Of a stretch of DNA of 64,000 nt, positions 26,445 through 40,654 are shown one piece after another. Location: the NCBI GenBank assembly GCA_964036045.1, contig OZ038378.1:22382001-22446000 (forward strand), written 5' to 3'. A program made the position numbers and the translations under genes. Origin of the DNA: Eutreptiella sp. 'Long Island Sound 2002' (Eukaryota; Protista; Euglenida). Numbering within the stretch: the stretch's first letter is position 1; each line of letters starts with the position of its first letter. The notes beneath the pieces were generated by a model. That model searched no databases and had not been told where the DNA came from. It worked only from the letters and a program-made list of their open reading frames with translations.

Positions 26445-27004
26445 GGGAACGGGGACATGACATTGTGGGGTCCACTATAGGCTTGGGCAACCTATGGAAC
26501 GGCCAGAATGGACATTCGTCACCCTTGTCCTTCAATGTTGCTGGTTTGGTTTCTCGCCCCCAAATGAGTTGCATTGGCTCATTTGGGGACTCTTTCCTGC
26601 CGATAAGAGGCCAGGGGGGGGGGTGCTGCAGTGCAGCCGGAACAGACCGGGGGTCTTCGTGCCCTTAAAGACAAAATCGGCTAAAATATGAATGAATACC
26701 TTGAAAGGTATCCTCCTTGCACCTTCCACATTCAAAAAATTACTATAAAAGTCAAAAATTTTCAGTTTTTGGGCCCGGAAAAAATTTTCGCGCGAATTTT
26801 TTTTCGTACTCCCCTCCCCCTCTTGGGGTACCCCCCCAAAAAAAAATGCCAGGGTGGTACCAGGAATTTTTTTTCTGGGCCCCCCCTGCCCCCCACCCCC
26901 CCTCCCAAGAACGCACCCAAGGCCTCTGGGCAGGCCGCACTCACACACCCAAACCGTGGACCCCTCGATCCCTGACCACAGGACCGCATCAGCCAAGTCG
27001 CGCG

Positions 27005-27126
<122 letters not shown>

Positions 27127-28436
27127 TGGCCCGAGAAGCAGAAGGCCCAGGCGCAGGTCGATGCCACACTGACGGCAGACGAACATAACAACGACCGGGA
27201 GGGCTCGGCGCTGGCCGGGCGCCCAGCAGCAGCCCGGCAGATGGGCGTATTGAGGCGGTGGCCCCCATTGCCGACACGCGCGCCGCCGCACCGATACCCA
27301 CAGCCCATGGGCGCGAGGCCCGCAGCAACGGGCCCGTGCCGAGCAGTGCGTGCACTACACCCAGGGCCACAGGCGTGCGGAGGTCCACCGGCATTGCCCC
27401 GGCCAGACCGTTGCCCCGGCAGTGGCAGGCCCAAAGCGGTGCCGGCCGCAGGCTGGCAGCCTGTGTGTGTTCCCCGACAGCGGAAGAGAACCGGCCGTGG
27501 AGGAACCGAGTACCGGGGGCCGGTGGGTCCAAACGCTGCACCACAGCGCAGCCCGAACCGATGGGGGGGGGGGTGGGCGATGCAGCGGAGGGGGGCTGAG
27601 TGAGCAAGGAAGCCTCGAGGGAGGGAAGGAGACGAGGACGGCACGAAGGAGTGAGAGGGAGGGGACAGTGCAGAGGTGGAGACGGAATATGGCAGCACAC
27701 AGGACGAGGGACGTACAGGCGTACCTGTGGGGGGGGGGGGGCGGGCATCAAAAGAGATCAGAAGTGAGCTTCTCAGGTGCTGCTTGGGATGCCGGATGCC
27801 GGGTGCTCAGGGAAACGGAAGTGTATTTGAGCCACTGCCATTGAAGCCACTACCCGGGGCGACTGCAGCATAGTTCCCGGCTGTGGGCGGCAGTGAGGGG
27901 GCTGGCAGGGCTGAGGGCGCCCCGAGTGGTAGTGGCCTGGTGTCGGAATGCATTATGCACGGCCTGCAATGGAGAAGTGCGCACATTGGAGAGGAAGGGG
28001 GGTAAGTGGGCACGCATAGCCCGCGGACCAAAGTGGAGTGGCCAGACGCCCCAGGCAGCCCCAAATGGCGGTCCCAACGTGAACGGGGAGAGGCACAACG
28101 TTCCTGCCCCATGCGCAATGGATAATCTCAGCGAACGCGACGAGTTGCGCGACACACCCCGAACAAGGGAAACAAAGAGGGGGCCAGGGCATGCAGAAGC
28201 GTACTCTCAAGCTGCGGGCGGGGGGGGGGGGGGGGATGGCTTGGGTTCACAAAGTGTGCTCCGCCGGTCGGTCTTGTGGTGCCCGTCAATCTGTAAGTGG
28301 TGCCGGTCCATCAGTGGGTTGGTGCCAGGCGATCGGTCGACGGGCACCACGGGACTGAGCGGCACAGGAGATGTAGTCCCCCGAGTGCATTCGGCAACGA
28401 GTAGCAGCCCAGCCCTGACCCCCAACGGTGTTGCAG

Positions 28437-28825
28437 AGACGATCGCTCGCGGTCCCTTGGAGGCGGTCAAGAACATGGTGCAGCTGCAGCAGAGGATCAA
28501 CCTTCGCCGGGTGGCCAAAGCCTCAGGGGTCATGCTCTGCCGCGAAGTCCCCGGGAACATTGCGTACTTCACGACGTATGAGATGGCCCGGGCCCATGGG
28601 GCCGGGGCTCTTGTGTCCGGGGCCCTGGCGGGGGTCACCTTTGCGTTCCTCACGTTCCCCATTGATACCATCCGCACGCAGGTGGCGGCGGGGCAGCGGC
28701 CCCGGCCCAGCTACCGCGGCGTGTCGGGGTTCGCGCTGCGGATCGGCGGCTACGGGGCTCTCATGTTTGCCTTTAATGAGTTTCTGTGGGAGCGCGTGGC
28801 CGGCCATGTGTGGGAGGACAAATGA
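28437..28825 (+). CDS. Mitochondrial carrier family (SLC25) protein, last exon
   Basis: Acceptor TTGCAG ends at 28436. Splicing to 22706 gives AAMAAFPETIARGPLEAVK. Further signatures are REVPGNIAYFTTYE, FPIDTIRTQ and YRG. Ends at TGA. Confidence 0.85.
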
Positions 28826-30141
28826 GGACGTGAGCGATCACAATGCCGTGCGGGATGTGTTGTTCGGAGGTGCTAGCGGTGCCCCAGGGCCGTCCTTGGG
28901 ACTCACACATTTCTTTCTTTCTTCCCCACAATGGACGGCCTGTGGCTTTAGGTGGCAGTTCGTGATCAACCGACAGCGGTTGGCGAGCCAAACGCGCTTG
29001 CGAATCGACTGGTGCCCTGTTGATGCCTTAGTCATATTTTTGTGCATTAAGTGCAACCGCTGAGGCATTCACAGACCTTCCGAAGTCTGGCCTTGAAAGG
29101 GTAACCGCGTGGTAGAGGGCATTTCTTTGGGTCCACACCAACGCAAATGCAAGGCGCCGCTTCAAGCCAAACCCGGGAGCTGCGAGCGACTGCCCCACAG
29201 CAGTACGCAGTGCACAAGCAATACAAAGACACTGCGAATGCAGGTGCACACCCGCGTTGCCTTGGCGTTGTCCCACTGGACATGTGCGTGTCCGATTGAG
29301 TTCGCATGGTGTGTGTCATTCCCTGCGGATGCACTAGGACCTTGAGCGCTAATGCTCGGTACAGCGCTCGGTCGGCTATCAGTGGCCTTGTTCACATTTA
29401 TCAGCCTTTGCCGCACCTTCTTCTGGGAGCAGGTATGTGCTGTGTGAAGCTCTTCATGCAGCACACGCGAATGAGGCATTGCCCGCCCACCCCCCCCCTC
29501 CCCGCCCGCCCCCTGTATGCACCATGTTGGCGGTGCCATTGTCATCCTTGAAACGCTCGTCCACAGTCCACAGCTTGCCTGTACAGGGCTGGTTTGCCCC
29601 TCTTGAGCTGATCCGACCATCCTTGTACATAATTTGGTCATTGCTACAGATTTCATTTTTGTCTGCACACGAAAGAGCGTGATCTGAGGTTCACAGTAGC
29701 GTGCATGGTCTCCTGTAATATAGAGAGAGCTCGGACAAACCCCGCCGTGCCGCCGCAGAGGGGCGGGCCGGACGGGCCTTGCTAGCCCAACCCAGCAATG
29801 ATATGATCCAGTTGACGTCTGTTGCACTGTAAGGGTGTTTCTTTTGTGCCCGAGTGACATGAACTGCAGTTTTTGCAGGGCTTGTAGTGTTGAGGGTACG
29901 ACGTAGAGAGGTAAGCGGACGATGAAGTTCCGTTACCGCCTGTAAACGGCGGTTTCACCCTCTCTACCAATTTTGTACATAACTTAAGGTTACTACACAG
30001 GGAGCTCCCTGGAGGTTTCGGTTATGTTTTCGCGATTTTCGAGATTGGCTAGCAGGCCTATACCGTACCTACCATACCCCTCCCCTGTGCTGCCTACACA
30101 CAGGCCACCATGGAGGACCCCTGCTTCATGGACCATGGGGT

Positions 30142-30307
30142 TCCATCAGAGATTGTTGTTTTGGGTCTCAGACTGTCTACACTGTCGAGATTGGAGCAGG
30201 ATTCTCTTCTTTTCCGGATCCTCTGCCCCACCCTGTACTGGGGGATGGCGAGGTAATGCAAGCACCACACGCCGACTCTTTCTTAGAAACGGTCAGAAAC
30301 GATTCAT
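30142..30307 (+). repeat. 166-bp perfect direct repeat, copy 1 (copy 2 at 32744..32909)
   Basis: TCCATCAGAGATTG...AAACGATTCAT appears identical at both sites. Confidence 0.9.
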
Positions 30308-32743
30308 ATTCACTGAACAGGGAGCTGAATCCAACTGAGCTGAGCTGAATTGTGATGCATTGCCTTGCTTTGCATTGCAGTGGGTTGCACTGCTTTGCGT
30401 TGTGTTGCCTGCAGTGCACTGCACTGCACTTGCACTGCATTGCACTGCACTGCACGGCCGTGCATTGCATTGCTATGCATTACAGTGGGGTGCAATGAAT
30501 GCAAGCTGACCTGATTGAGTTGAGTTGAGCCCAGTTGAGTTGATGTTGTGGATTGCCTTGAATCGAATTGAATGCGGGGCGAGCGGCAGCGCCCAGCGAT
30601 TTGTCTCAGCGCGTAGATGCGCTAACTCTCCCGGATGCACCTCTAGGATGGGCTCCGCCGTCGCCGTCGCCCCCGGTGCAGATGGAATACACCTCGGAGG
30701 AAGGGCCCTCTACCCCGGAGGTCTTCTCCTCGTCGTCCTCGTGGGAATCTGAGCCCATCAACACCGGGGGAAGCTACCGACGAGCGACAGCGGGGCCCCG
30801 AAGCGGCCCAGCGCGGTCCTCACCGCCACACGCAGTGCCCCGCACACGCGCTCCCAGGGCCCGGTCCGTTCACCGGTCAGGGAACCCGGCGCTGAGGAAG
30901 TCACGGCGTAGGGCACCACCTGCGAGGGTGCCCCGAGGGGTCAAAAGGCGGCAGTCGGTCACAGCACAGCCGGGGAGCCCACGGCGCAAGCGACCCCAGC
31001 TACAGCAAGGGGATGCGCGGTCACACACGGCCCTGGAGGCCCCAGACCGCCACGGGAGCCCAGCCGGAGCCCCCCTCCCCATGTCCAGGCATGCGCTCTC
31101 ATACCTACAGCTCACAGGAGCTATCACTCCTGAGCGTGCGTCACGCATAGTGGTGGTAAGCACCCCAGAGGGGCAGCGCACCCCACTACCGACACGCAGC
31201 TCGGAGCAGCCTCCACACGAAAAGGGACGCGACATCCCCCCGGGGATAGCAAGGATGTTGCAGCAGATCCGTATGCCCCCAGCAAGGCCACAACCGCTAC
31301 AGCCCCGAAGGGAACCACGGCCCAACGAGCGGACTTCACGCACCGCCGTCCTGCCCCCCGGCCCTCCAATGGGGTTCAATGTAACCAGCACCCCGTCTCC
31401 GCGGGTGCTGAGCAGGCCAGGGCAATTCTCGCCATCTCCGGCATGGTCGCCGGCTGTGACTTCCAGTTGGCACTCCGTGCGGCACGTGACCCCGGAGCAT
31501 TGGTCGCCCGCATGCACACCAGGGGGGGGGTCTAACCGACAGCAGGATTCACCTCACCTGCCCCCTGTCCTGCTGGCGCCCCTATTTGCGAGCGCAATGT
31601 CTACCCCGCGAAGGGACAGCACTCAGAGTGCGTCTGATGAGGACGTGCAACAGTATGCCGTCCGGTGTTCAACCCCCCCCGATCTGCCCCCCACCCTGCT
31701 GGCTCCACTTTTTGAGAGCGTGATGTCTGCCTCGCGAGCGGGCAGCACTCATCGTGAGTGCGATGAAGACATGGGTCAGTATGAGGTCCAGTACTCTACC
31801 CCACCCTCCGTGGGGGAGTGGCCCCCTAACCCCTTTACCTTTCCCTCTCTTCGCGGAGCACAGCGTCTCTGCACGGAATTGCCTGGCATGGCCCGACAGG
31901 GCCAGGGATGGGTTCGTGACCCCCATGCACGACACTCCACCATGCTGTACAGCATGCAGGAAGGTGCTCTGTCTTCCAGCAGCGCGGAGGGGCTCATGAA
32001 GCATGGACGGGCCTCACGTGAGGCAACCTAAAGGACGGAGGGGGGAGCCTCTTGTCATACAGGGCGGCAGCTCTCCAGAAACCCGCGCGACTTGCCCCTT
32101 GGGTGAGTCTGGGGGCTGGAATGGGTAGAAGCCCCATGGACTATTGCTCCTTAATATGATTTCCTTCCTTGAATCGAATTGAATCAAGTCAATTTCTATA
32201 GACTGGAATGGAATGAAACCGAATGGAACGAGGTTACTTCAAGATCCGTACATGGTTGTGACCCCAGTCTGTGGACCCCCCCCCCCCCTTGCTCCCACGC
32301 CCTCTTCACACCCCGGGGTCGGTGACCTTGACGTGGTGTGGGGGCCCGCCAGTTCCCTAAACTGCGCGAACAACCCGGAAAAGGGGAGCAGAATATAAAT
32401 CTTATCCTCAATCGACATCAAACAACAGTAAATATTGGACCCGTTGTGCACGCTATTCGTAGAACGACACTCTCAACCGATGGCAGTACAAATATCGGAG
32501 GCATGGGTCCACTATTACCGATGTCACTCAGGGGGGCCAACACAATGACATAGCAGTCCCTGGGTAATGTTGATAATACAGTACACAAGTACACAGTGGA
32601 ACTGCCAAACCCATGTGCACTACCTTGCAAGGAGTATGTACCACTCTTGCAACCAGATCAGACCAGAGCGGCACTGCACTCAGTGTAACCCGTGCGGTCA
32701 TTTCATGTTTCTGCCACAGTGGCTCTGTGTTCCTCTTTGAACA
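30308..32743 (+). mobile_element. Retroposon-like unit (pentamer tract plus unique 3' block), 5'-truncated copy, interrupted by a 1.6-kb insert
   Basis: 30311-30573 plus 32185-32742 match the contiguous 40975-41768. Both copies end at TTGAACA, while the 5' extents differ. Confidence 0.6.
30574..32166 (+). mobile_element. 1593-bp insertion with an 18-bp TSD, carrying a 5'-truncated Pro/Ser/Arg-rich ORF (30568..32031)
   Basis: CCTTGAATCGAATTGAAT occurs at 30556-30573 and 32167-32184, and only once in the uninterrupted copy at ~41196-41213. The ORF contains an internal ~45-aa duplication (LPPxLLAPLFxSxMS...DED..QY.V..STPP). Confidence 0.75.
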
Positions 32744-34036
32744 TCCATCAGAGATTGTTGTTTTGGGTCTCAGACTGTCTACACTGTCGAGATTGGAGCA
32801 GGATTCTCTTCTTTTCCGGATCCTCTGCCCCACCCTGTACTGGGGGATGGCGAGGTAATGCAAGCACCACACGCCGACTCTTTCTTAGAAACGGTCAGAA
32901 ACGATTCATTTCTGGTCCATTCCCCGTCCATTTCCCCTCCCTTTCCCCGCATTTGCCGCCCATTACCCCTCCATCCCTTCTCCCAATTAATCCCCCCACC
33001 CATTCCCCCCTCCCATTGCCCCTCCATTTCGCTCCAGTTCCTCTCAATTTGTCTTTCATGGCCCCTTCATTTCCCCTTCATTCCCCTCCTTTCCCTCCAC
33101 CACCCCTCCCTTTCTTCTCCACCCCCCCTCCCCCTCCAGCCGCCCCCCCTTTCCCTGCATTTGCCGTCCATTTTCCCTCCATTTCCTGCCCCATTTCCAA
33201 TCACTTTCTTGTGGGGTATCTTGTATCTTGCGGTGTTGAAGCTAACTGTTACAGACACACTGGCCCGTATTGGACACATGACTGCTTGTGCCTCATGTGC
33301 CACAGTCACAGGATCTCCATGTGATGCCTGTCACATTTTGTGTACCACTACCTCCCCACAATGCCCTGGACGCTGCATCCCTTGGCCACATGCAGCATCT
33401 GTGGGGTCCGGGGGTGCCATCCCCCCCCCCCCCCCCGGTGCGAGGCTATGCCTGCTCACCCACTGTCCCCTGTTACCCAATCTTGCGGAGTTGCGTTGTC
33501 CAAGCCGCTCCGTTGTCTATACTGCACAAGCTCTCCGCAATGTTTGGATTTGCTAAGGGACAAAGATTGCATCCTGATACCGGGGTATCGAGAAGTTGCC
33601 AGTTGGGTGACAACTGTGGTTTCCAGAATTGCAGATGACGCAGTGCGTCAAGCATTCACCCGGGCACTTTCCCACAACGCCGAAGTTGTCCCAACTGCTG
33701 GATGTGGAACACTTCGACGAAATCACGCCATGGCTTGTAAATTTGAGGCCAACTCAGCGTCAGATCCTGATTTGGTGGATGATGCCCATGTCCCTGCAAC
33801 CCTTGCTGTGCCACTGCCAGCCCACGATGCTGCCCGCAAGCCTGCAAGGCTAGCCCCCAACACTGCCCCCGAGCATGTGCAGAGGTTTCGCTTGCGGCAT
33901 GAGGGGTACCCACCTATTCAACAGTGAAGTGCATGTGCTTCCAGGCTGTAAAAAGGATTACGATTGCACGTACTGCACTGTTGTCCCTTACAGTTCCAAG
34001 GTGCAAAAATTACTCGTAACTGTCCACAGCCCACTA

Positions 34037-34128
34037 GGAAGTTACAGCAACCATCCAGAGCCCAGCAGGAAATAACACAACCATCCAGAGCCCGCCAGGA
34101 AGTAACAGCAACCGTCCAGAAGTAACAA
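34037..34128. repeat. ~30-bp tandem repeat (GAAGTAACAGCAACCATCCAGAGCCC-like, x3)
   Basis: Direct reading. Confidence 0.7.
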
Positions 34129-36680
34129 TGAGCAACCTCAAAGCCTGCATGGTGCACCATTTTTAGGGGTCCGAAGGAATGACCTCCCCATAATTTGTTC
34201 CAACACATTGCGCAGTGTGGGCACGGTGTGTGCGTGGTGTTTGCTTGTGTCTTCTCAGGTTGACGCACATGGTGCCCTTGTCTAAACCGTGCGAGGTGCA
34301 GGTTCTGCAATTTTCAGTACCTTTATCCCAGGACAGGGGCAGGGGTCAGTAACTATGCCGGTTGGCGCTTCAAACAGGGTATACACACTTGTTTGAGTTT
34401 TGGGGAGGAACTTTTCCTTGTTGTGGACGTTCTTTGATGAAGAAGCCAACATATTGACTGTTTATTCTACCGGGCGGTACCATAAGCGGTGTTGTTGGGT
34501 CCATGTGGACGTAGCCCCAGATGTCTTACCTTTTTAAACAGAGCCGTCTAGCGAGGGCCAGAGGCTGCCTGTGCATGCAGGCCAGGTGTGGGTTGCGACT
34601 GAGGCCCTGTTGGTGTAGAACACCAGTACCTATTAAGGGGGGATTTCGGCAGGGGAAGAGTTTGTGGGGACAATTTCGGTTTTCAGATTGGTGCCAGAGT
34701 GGACATGCAAGAGAAAAAAGCGGTATCCAATGTAGAACTCAGCCTTCTGGTTATGAATACAAATTCTTGCACTGGATGCTGGGGACAAGCCTGCAAGCGA
34801 GCCGTCAATGCAACGTTTTGCACGTGATGAACAATGCTACATGGGTTACGCGTAGGAGTGTAGCATACATATACTGATGAAGTGAAAAGGCACACTGAAT
34901 ATTAAGGATTCTGCAGATCGGGAGAGCAACCAAACTTGGTGGTGGTTAATGGGATCGCGGTGAAGCGAAAGCCAAGTACTAGAATATTGAACCACTGGGA
35001 ATGATGCATGATATCTGAATGCGGAGTGCTGTAAGCCATGGTGGATTTTGGAGCGCACCATGGCGATGGAACTCTAGTTGCTGGGATTATGTCGACACTT
35101 TTTGCTGATATGCTTGTCATCCCATCAATGTTTGTTGACTGGTTTGTAATGACACCATTTTTTATGCCCCCCCCTTACTCTTTTTGACCAAAGTTTTTTG
35201 TGTTGGCAAGTGGGTGGTGGCAACTGCCAAAGTGGCAATGCAATGACGGCCCCCAAGTGTTCCCCTTCGGAGGGTCAAATCTGCCACGCCGACCGGGTAT
35301 GGCTACCCTTTTCAATCGCATGCGGCATTACCCTGCCAACGCCATTTTTCGCAATGTCTTCCTTTCCCCTACCGCAGCAATGCGTCCCCGCGTGGATCAG
35401 AATTGCTTTGTGACAAACCCTCATTCACTTTGGTGACCCGATTCCCTTCCAATGGGATAACTTGACAATAGACGTCCGGCATTGTGGTATTTATGCTTTT
35501 GATTCATCCAAAAAGCATGGCCTTCCAGGTTGGCCAAGCTTTAGTATCTCCTTGCGTTCTTGGGACAACAATGATGTAATGCCTCACGAGGTCGCGGTGA
35601 AACGAAAGCCACTTGCCAACACAAAAAGACATAGTCAAAAAAATGAGGAAGGGGGAGGTATCCAGTGCATCCGAGTGAACCTGCGTAGACCATGAAGGGT
35701 GGTTTGTGCAGGGAATCCCATAAGGACAGTCACAGTTTTTGTTTATAACCGCAATGTACATTGCATGCCGCTTTTATCTCTTGCATGTCCACGCTGCAAT
35801 AAGGGTATAGGAGGGGTTATCTTATGGTCTCAAAGCAAAGCAAAGTGACAAAGCACAGTGCCTTCCCCACCAGCTCGGTCCCAATATTCAGTCTTGATTA
35901 GAGGGAGGGCAAGGGGAGGTAAGGGGAGTGATTGACCAACGCTTGGCCTTGGGGGCATGTGCGCCCCGAAATTGCCCCACCTAGACCCCCCAACCCAACC
36001 CTCCTGTACCCCCCCCCCCCTGCAAAAGACCCCCCTCTAGCCCCCCCCCCCCCATCGCCACTCCCAGACCCCCCCCCCCCCCAAGGGGCCAAGGGGCACT
36101 TATGCCTGACTGTGGAGTGCATTACCTCTGGTTTGCTTTTGTCTGTTTTTTAATTAGGTCACACCCCCCAAGGGGCCTTCGGCCAACAGTTAGTTGGGAG
36201 GGTTGACAGTGTCAGATATGTTTACTGCTTACAAGACGTGCATAGGGCAGGATTCAAGGACGAGCGGGGTGCCCTTTGGTTTAACCTCCTGGCTTGTGAT
36301 GTGTTGCTTGTGTACTAGTCTGGTGGACTTGAGACACCTTGCCATGATGATTCGGTGAGGAAATACATCCTGCTTGCATGGGAAACGCCAGCAAAAGATC
36401 TTACTCAGAATGGAACAATCAAGCCCGGTCGACACAAAAGGATGCATCACACCTGACGTAGCAACCGCTCAGCCTTGCAAATGGCCAGCCTGCCCATTTG
36501 TATGCTGTGGTGCAAGAAGTGGCTGTTGGGCGGGGTCATTGGGCCCAACTTTTTCAAGCCCCAAGCAGCAACAGGCCTTAGTCATTGCTGTTGCACAACC
36601 GGCCATCATGGCGATGAATATGCATCATATGCCACATAGGCTTAAATGGTGGAGCAGAGCACAGGTCACCACCACGAGAC

Positions 36681-36719
<39 letters not shown>
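36681..36719. repeat. (GA)n microsatellite
   Basis: Direct reading. Confidence 0.95.
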
Positions 36720-39700
36720 GCTCAGGGCGGTGGCGGAAGAGACATGCGAAAGCCCGTGTGCCCACATCCATGCGCGGTCTGCCATTTGCTTTCTTCAGCA
36801 ATTTTCTCTTAATTCCGCCGGGCAACGCTCAGGAAGCGGCGGCTTGACGCGGGGTATGCACCTTCATCTGCTGCATCAGGCGATGTGCAATAAGCCTGCT
36901 CTTTCTGTGCTGTGTGGACCAAAGTACCGACCGTCATCTTTATGCCCCCTCCTTGCCATTGTGCAGCCTTGTTCACTCGAGGCAGACGTGACAAACTTGC
37001 GGTCATTGGCGTCTCATTTTCTCTACGCAGTCGGGCAATTTGTGGGCGACCGCTTCATTTGTCGGCCCCAGTGAGAGCGTGAAGTTGGTTGGCATTGGTT
37101 CCTGCAAAATGTCATTACCTCAAACTGCAAGCTTTTGTTACGCTTCGATACACGGTGTATGCCTACTGTGCTTGGTATTTCGTGCCAATTGGTGGTACGT
37201 ATTGCTGGAGATTCCGCTCTTCCTGTTGATGGTCCTGCAGGTGTGCGCTTGTGCCTTGTCATCCTCGGTCTTTCTGTGCTTTTGTGTGAGACAAAGAGAA
37301 CCCATGGAGGTGTGGAATTTGTGTAATTTGTGGAGACCCACTGCATCACCCTGCACTCCCACTCGATGCCGCACTTCGGAGAAACCAATGGCATCGGAGA
37401 CCGGCCCTTGTTCCGCCTGTGGGTTTGGGGTACGACCGTGCTTCTGATCATGATTCTGAGGGTCAACATGACAAGGGATGTCTCTGCACCTCCTGTGCTC
37501 CGACCACGCCTTTGTATGTCACCATCGGCCTGGCTAGCCCACGAAGTGGGCTCAGGTTGCGGCATCCAAGGCATTCATTCTCTGGTTTGCTTTTTCATTC
37601 AATACCTTGGCAGCTGAGCCCCGTCAGGTGTCTGGGATTGTGGGTTCTCGTGACGGCCAACCCCTGAAGGCACTGACACTGAAGAACGTTGCTATGCATT
37701 GAAGCATGTATGGAATCATTGTGAACATGGCCACAACGCACCATTCCCGTTGCCAAAACCCAGCATGTCGAGGATTGCTGCTGCGTGCTTTTGATAATGC
37801 AGGGACAAAGCAAACAACAAGCAGAACGCCTGCGTTGCATGCATTTCTCTTGCCCTCGGATGTTTGCTGCAACGTGGCTTGGCGCAGAGCCTTTCATGCT
37901 CACCATGCACACGTGACAGCCGATGACCTGCCCCACGATATTCACGATAATGTGGAAATGACGGCCTCCCGAGGAGGAGATGTGAGCTGAGACTGTGCTA
38001 CAGAGTAGCGCCCCGACTTCATTTTGGGGGTGGCAAGAACCTTTTTTCGGGTTTGCCCAGTGATGAGGAGCAGAGCCCAATCCTCGTTCGCAATGCCACA
38101 TATTTTTATGCAGTACCAGTTATGGGAACATGCCTCTGACAAAATGGACGTTTGCTCTGGGGCCAACAAGAGGCTGTCTTTCTGCATCCTCCTCGTCGTG
38201 AATGCCCTGGTCATAGTGTTTCCCGCTTGGTCTCGATCGAGTCATGCCAAATCACAAACTCTACCTCGTGAAGACGCTGCACAGGTATTGGCTGCATGAT
38301 GATGACCGGTGGGCTGTTGACTATTGCATCCTCGTTTCAACCATCTCCGTCCATCAGCCATCGTTCGAGGTCGAGAAACCGTTGGGATGGCTCTTGATCT
38401 GCAAAGGCCTGTCAAACCTTTGGGTGCACATTGTTCGGGCACTTTGAATGTGCGTTGGGTCCACAGTTCATCACCCGTTGCAATCCCCGTGAAGGCGACG
38501 TGCGTATGTCGTTGGGCACCCGTTTCCTTCAGGCGTCAACGGAGGCCGAGGCGGATTCTGCAATGCACAAAAGGCAAGGTGCAGCCCGGGAGAGTGAGAC
38601 CAGGGAGGGCGAGGACCATTTGCTGCAGGTGCTTCCATACCCTGGAAGGCATTGCTGCACCCCCTTCGGCGCACAAACCGCGCCGCTGGTAGCGTTACGT
38701 GTGCCTGTTGGTGGTCGCCGGCCAACTACGTCTGTTATTCTTCAACGGCCGTTGGTTGACCGCTGTGCAACCCTATTCTGCCAACCAAACCCTTCGGTCG
38801 TCCTTCGTGGAAGAAAACAAAACGAGCAGTGTCATTGCCGAAAGACAGCACCGAGGACCCTGCGGAATTGCCCGTTCTTTGGCCAGTGGGGAGGATGCCC
38901 GCAGACGGCCCCCAACAACGACGCCACTGGGTGTCTTTGCAATGGACAGGCCAAGGAGGACACTGTGCAAGAAGGCAATGCAGCAACAGAATCAGACGAA
39001 CCTGAGGAAGATGGTCAGGAGCTGACCTCGTCTGCTTCTACAATTTGCAAACTTCGCTTCTGTCTGTGTCACATAATCTTCAGAGCCACGCCATTGATTG
39101 CTGAGTGGGTCAGAGGCCAAAAAAATCACTTTTTTGGACCCAAAATCGGCCTCCAATTTACGGCCGCGTTGATATTTTGCATGTTTCAAATGAGAAAAAT
39201 TGTCCGTTTTGAGTGGGTTGGTCGGTTGGGGTTGGCCAGGGGCCCAGATGGGCAGGACCCCGTTTCCCCTCGTTCTCCTTGAGCAATGGCCTGCCCAGGA
39301 CAGCAGGGGCACATGCTTTGCCCCTCGGTGCATCGCTACGAACATCCACTTGGCCGGGCTTAGTATCCGGAGTTGATGCCCCGGATACCCCAGCCTGTCC
39401 TTTTGGCGGGCGTTGTGCGTGTTCTGCGACAGCACAAGGGAGTCCAGGACAGCGGGGTCAGGCAGGGGTAAGGGGTCAGGTAGTGGGGCAGAGAATCATT
39501 CGAAGCGCTGTCTACCCTTGATAGACCCCCGCACCTGCTCCTTTTTCATGCGCAGTCCAGATCAGCAAAGTTCTAAAGGCTGAAACGTTTTTCCCTTGCG
39601 GATTGAGGTGTGGTGTTGCGTTTTGCCGCACCGTGGCAAACTCATTGTCTTTCTGAATGCGGTCCAAACCAATCAGCGGGCAGTTGGTAAGGAAGTGCAG

Positions 39701-40654
39701 CACGAAAGGACAGTTTGGTTGTCTCCAGCCGTCTGCAGCGCCAGATTCAACCAACGGTGCCTGCTGCTGAATCGACGGCTATTGGCGGGTGGCCGACGGC
39801 ATGCTGTCGCCACAGGTACTGCGGATAGTGCACACTCATTGCCTTGACCAGAGTGGTAAGCATGCAAAGTGTCCGCTGTGGCGTGTTCTATGCAGAATGA
39901 TGGGGTCAGCCAGAATTGCACAAGGTGGTTATTTCATGTGTTTGTGACGAAGGGTTGTTGGCGATGCTGCTGTTCTGCTGTATCAGGAATTGAACCCAGA
40001 GGAAGACAGCAGTAAAGCTGAGAAAGAACGCAGAAGTCTGGAACAGATCATGACCTTCCTTATGATTCTTGGTGTTCTGTGGTGCATAGGAACTGTTTCA
40101 TACACTTTGGTTGGCTACTGGATTGGATGGTATGTCTGTGCTGTTGTTCATTTCCATGTCTTGGATGGTTGGTTGCATCAGTTTCAGTCTTCCGATTGCC
40201 GTTCACATCCGAGAAACATGGTTGAGAAGCTGCTGGTGTCAGTATTGTATGTGGCATTGAATTTTTTTGGGGGGACCTGATGCGGGGCGAAGATTTGGCC
40301 ATTTGGCCCGACCAAGTAGCAGTAGATGAACTGATGGCTAGGCCGGAAGAGCTGTACTTCCCTCCGCTATTAGGATAAATGTGGAATAATCCACAATCCA
40401 GGAGGGAGACCCCAAACCAGGGTGATGGTTGCACCCAAGGGGCCATCTTATGTATTTTCACCTTAGGAGGCGCCGGATAGGGCAAGACGGAGGGATGTTT
40501 CCACAGGTATTGTGCCCAAGGGTTTGTTCTCCTGAGGCGGCATTTTGTGAGGGGGTAAAAGCCAACCCATTCCGGCTAAACCTGCCGTAAAAGTAGCAGC
40601 GCTGCGCACGCGGTGCAGATACTCCCCTTTGAGCAGACTGGAGTGTCGACTTGA

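Noticed and set aside
27893-28436. N-terminal 181 codons of the 310-aa ORF as part of the carrier
   Set aside because: Low complexity with no carrier motif. The acceptor at 28436 and in-phase splice to 22706 explain the protein better.
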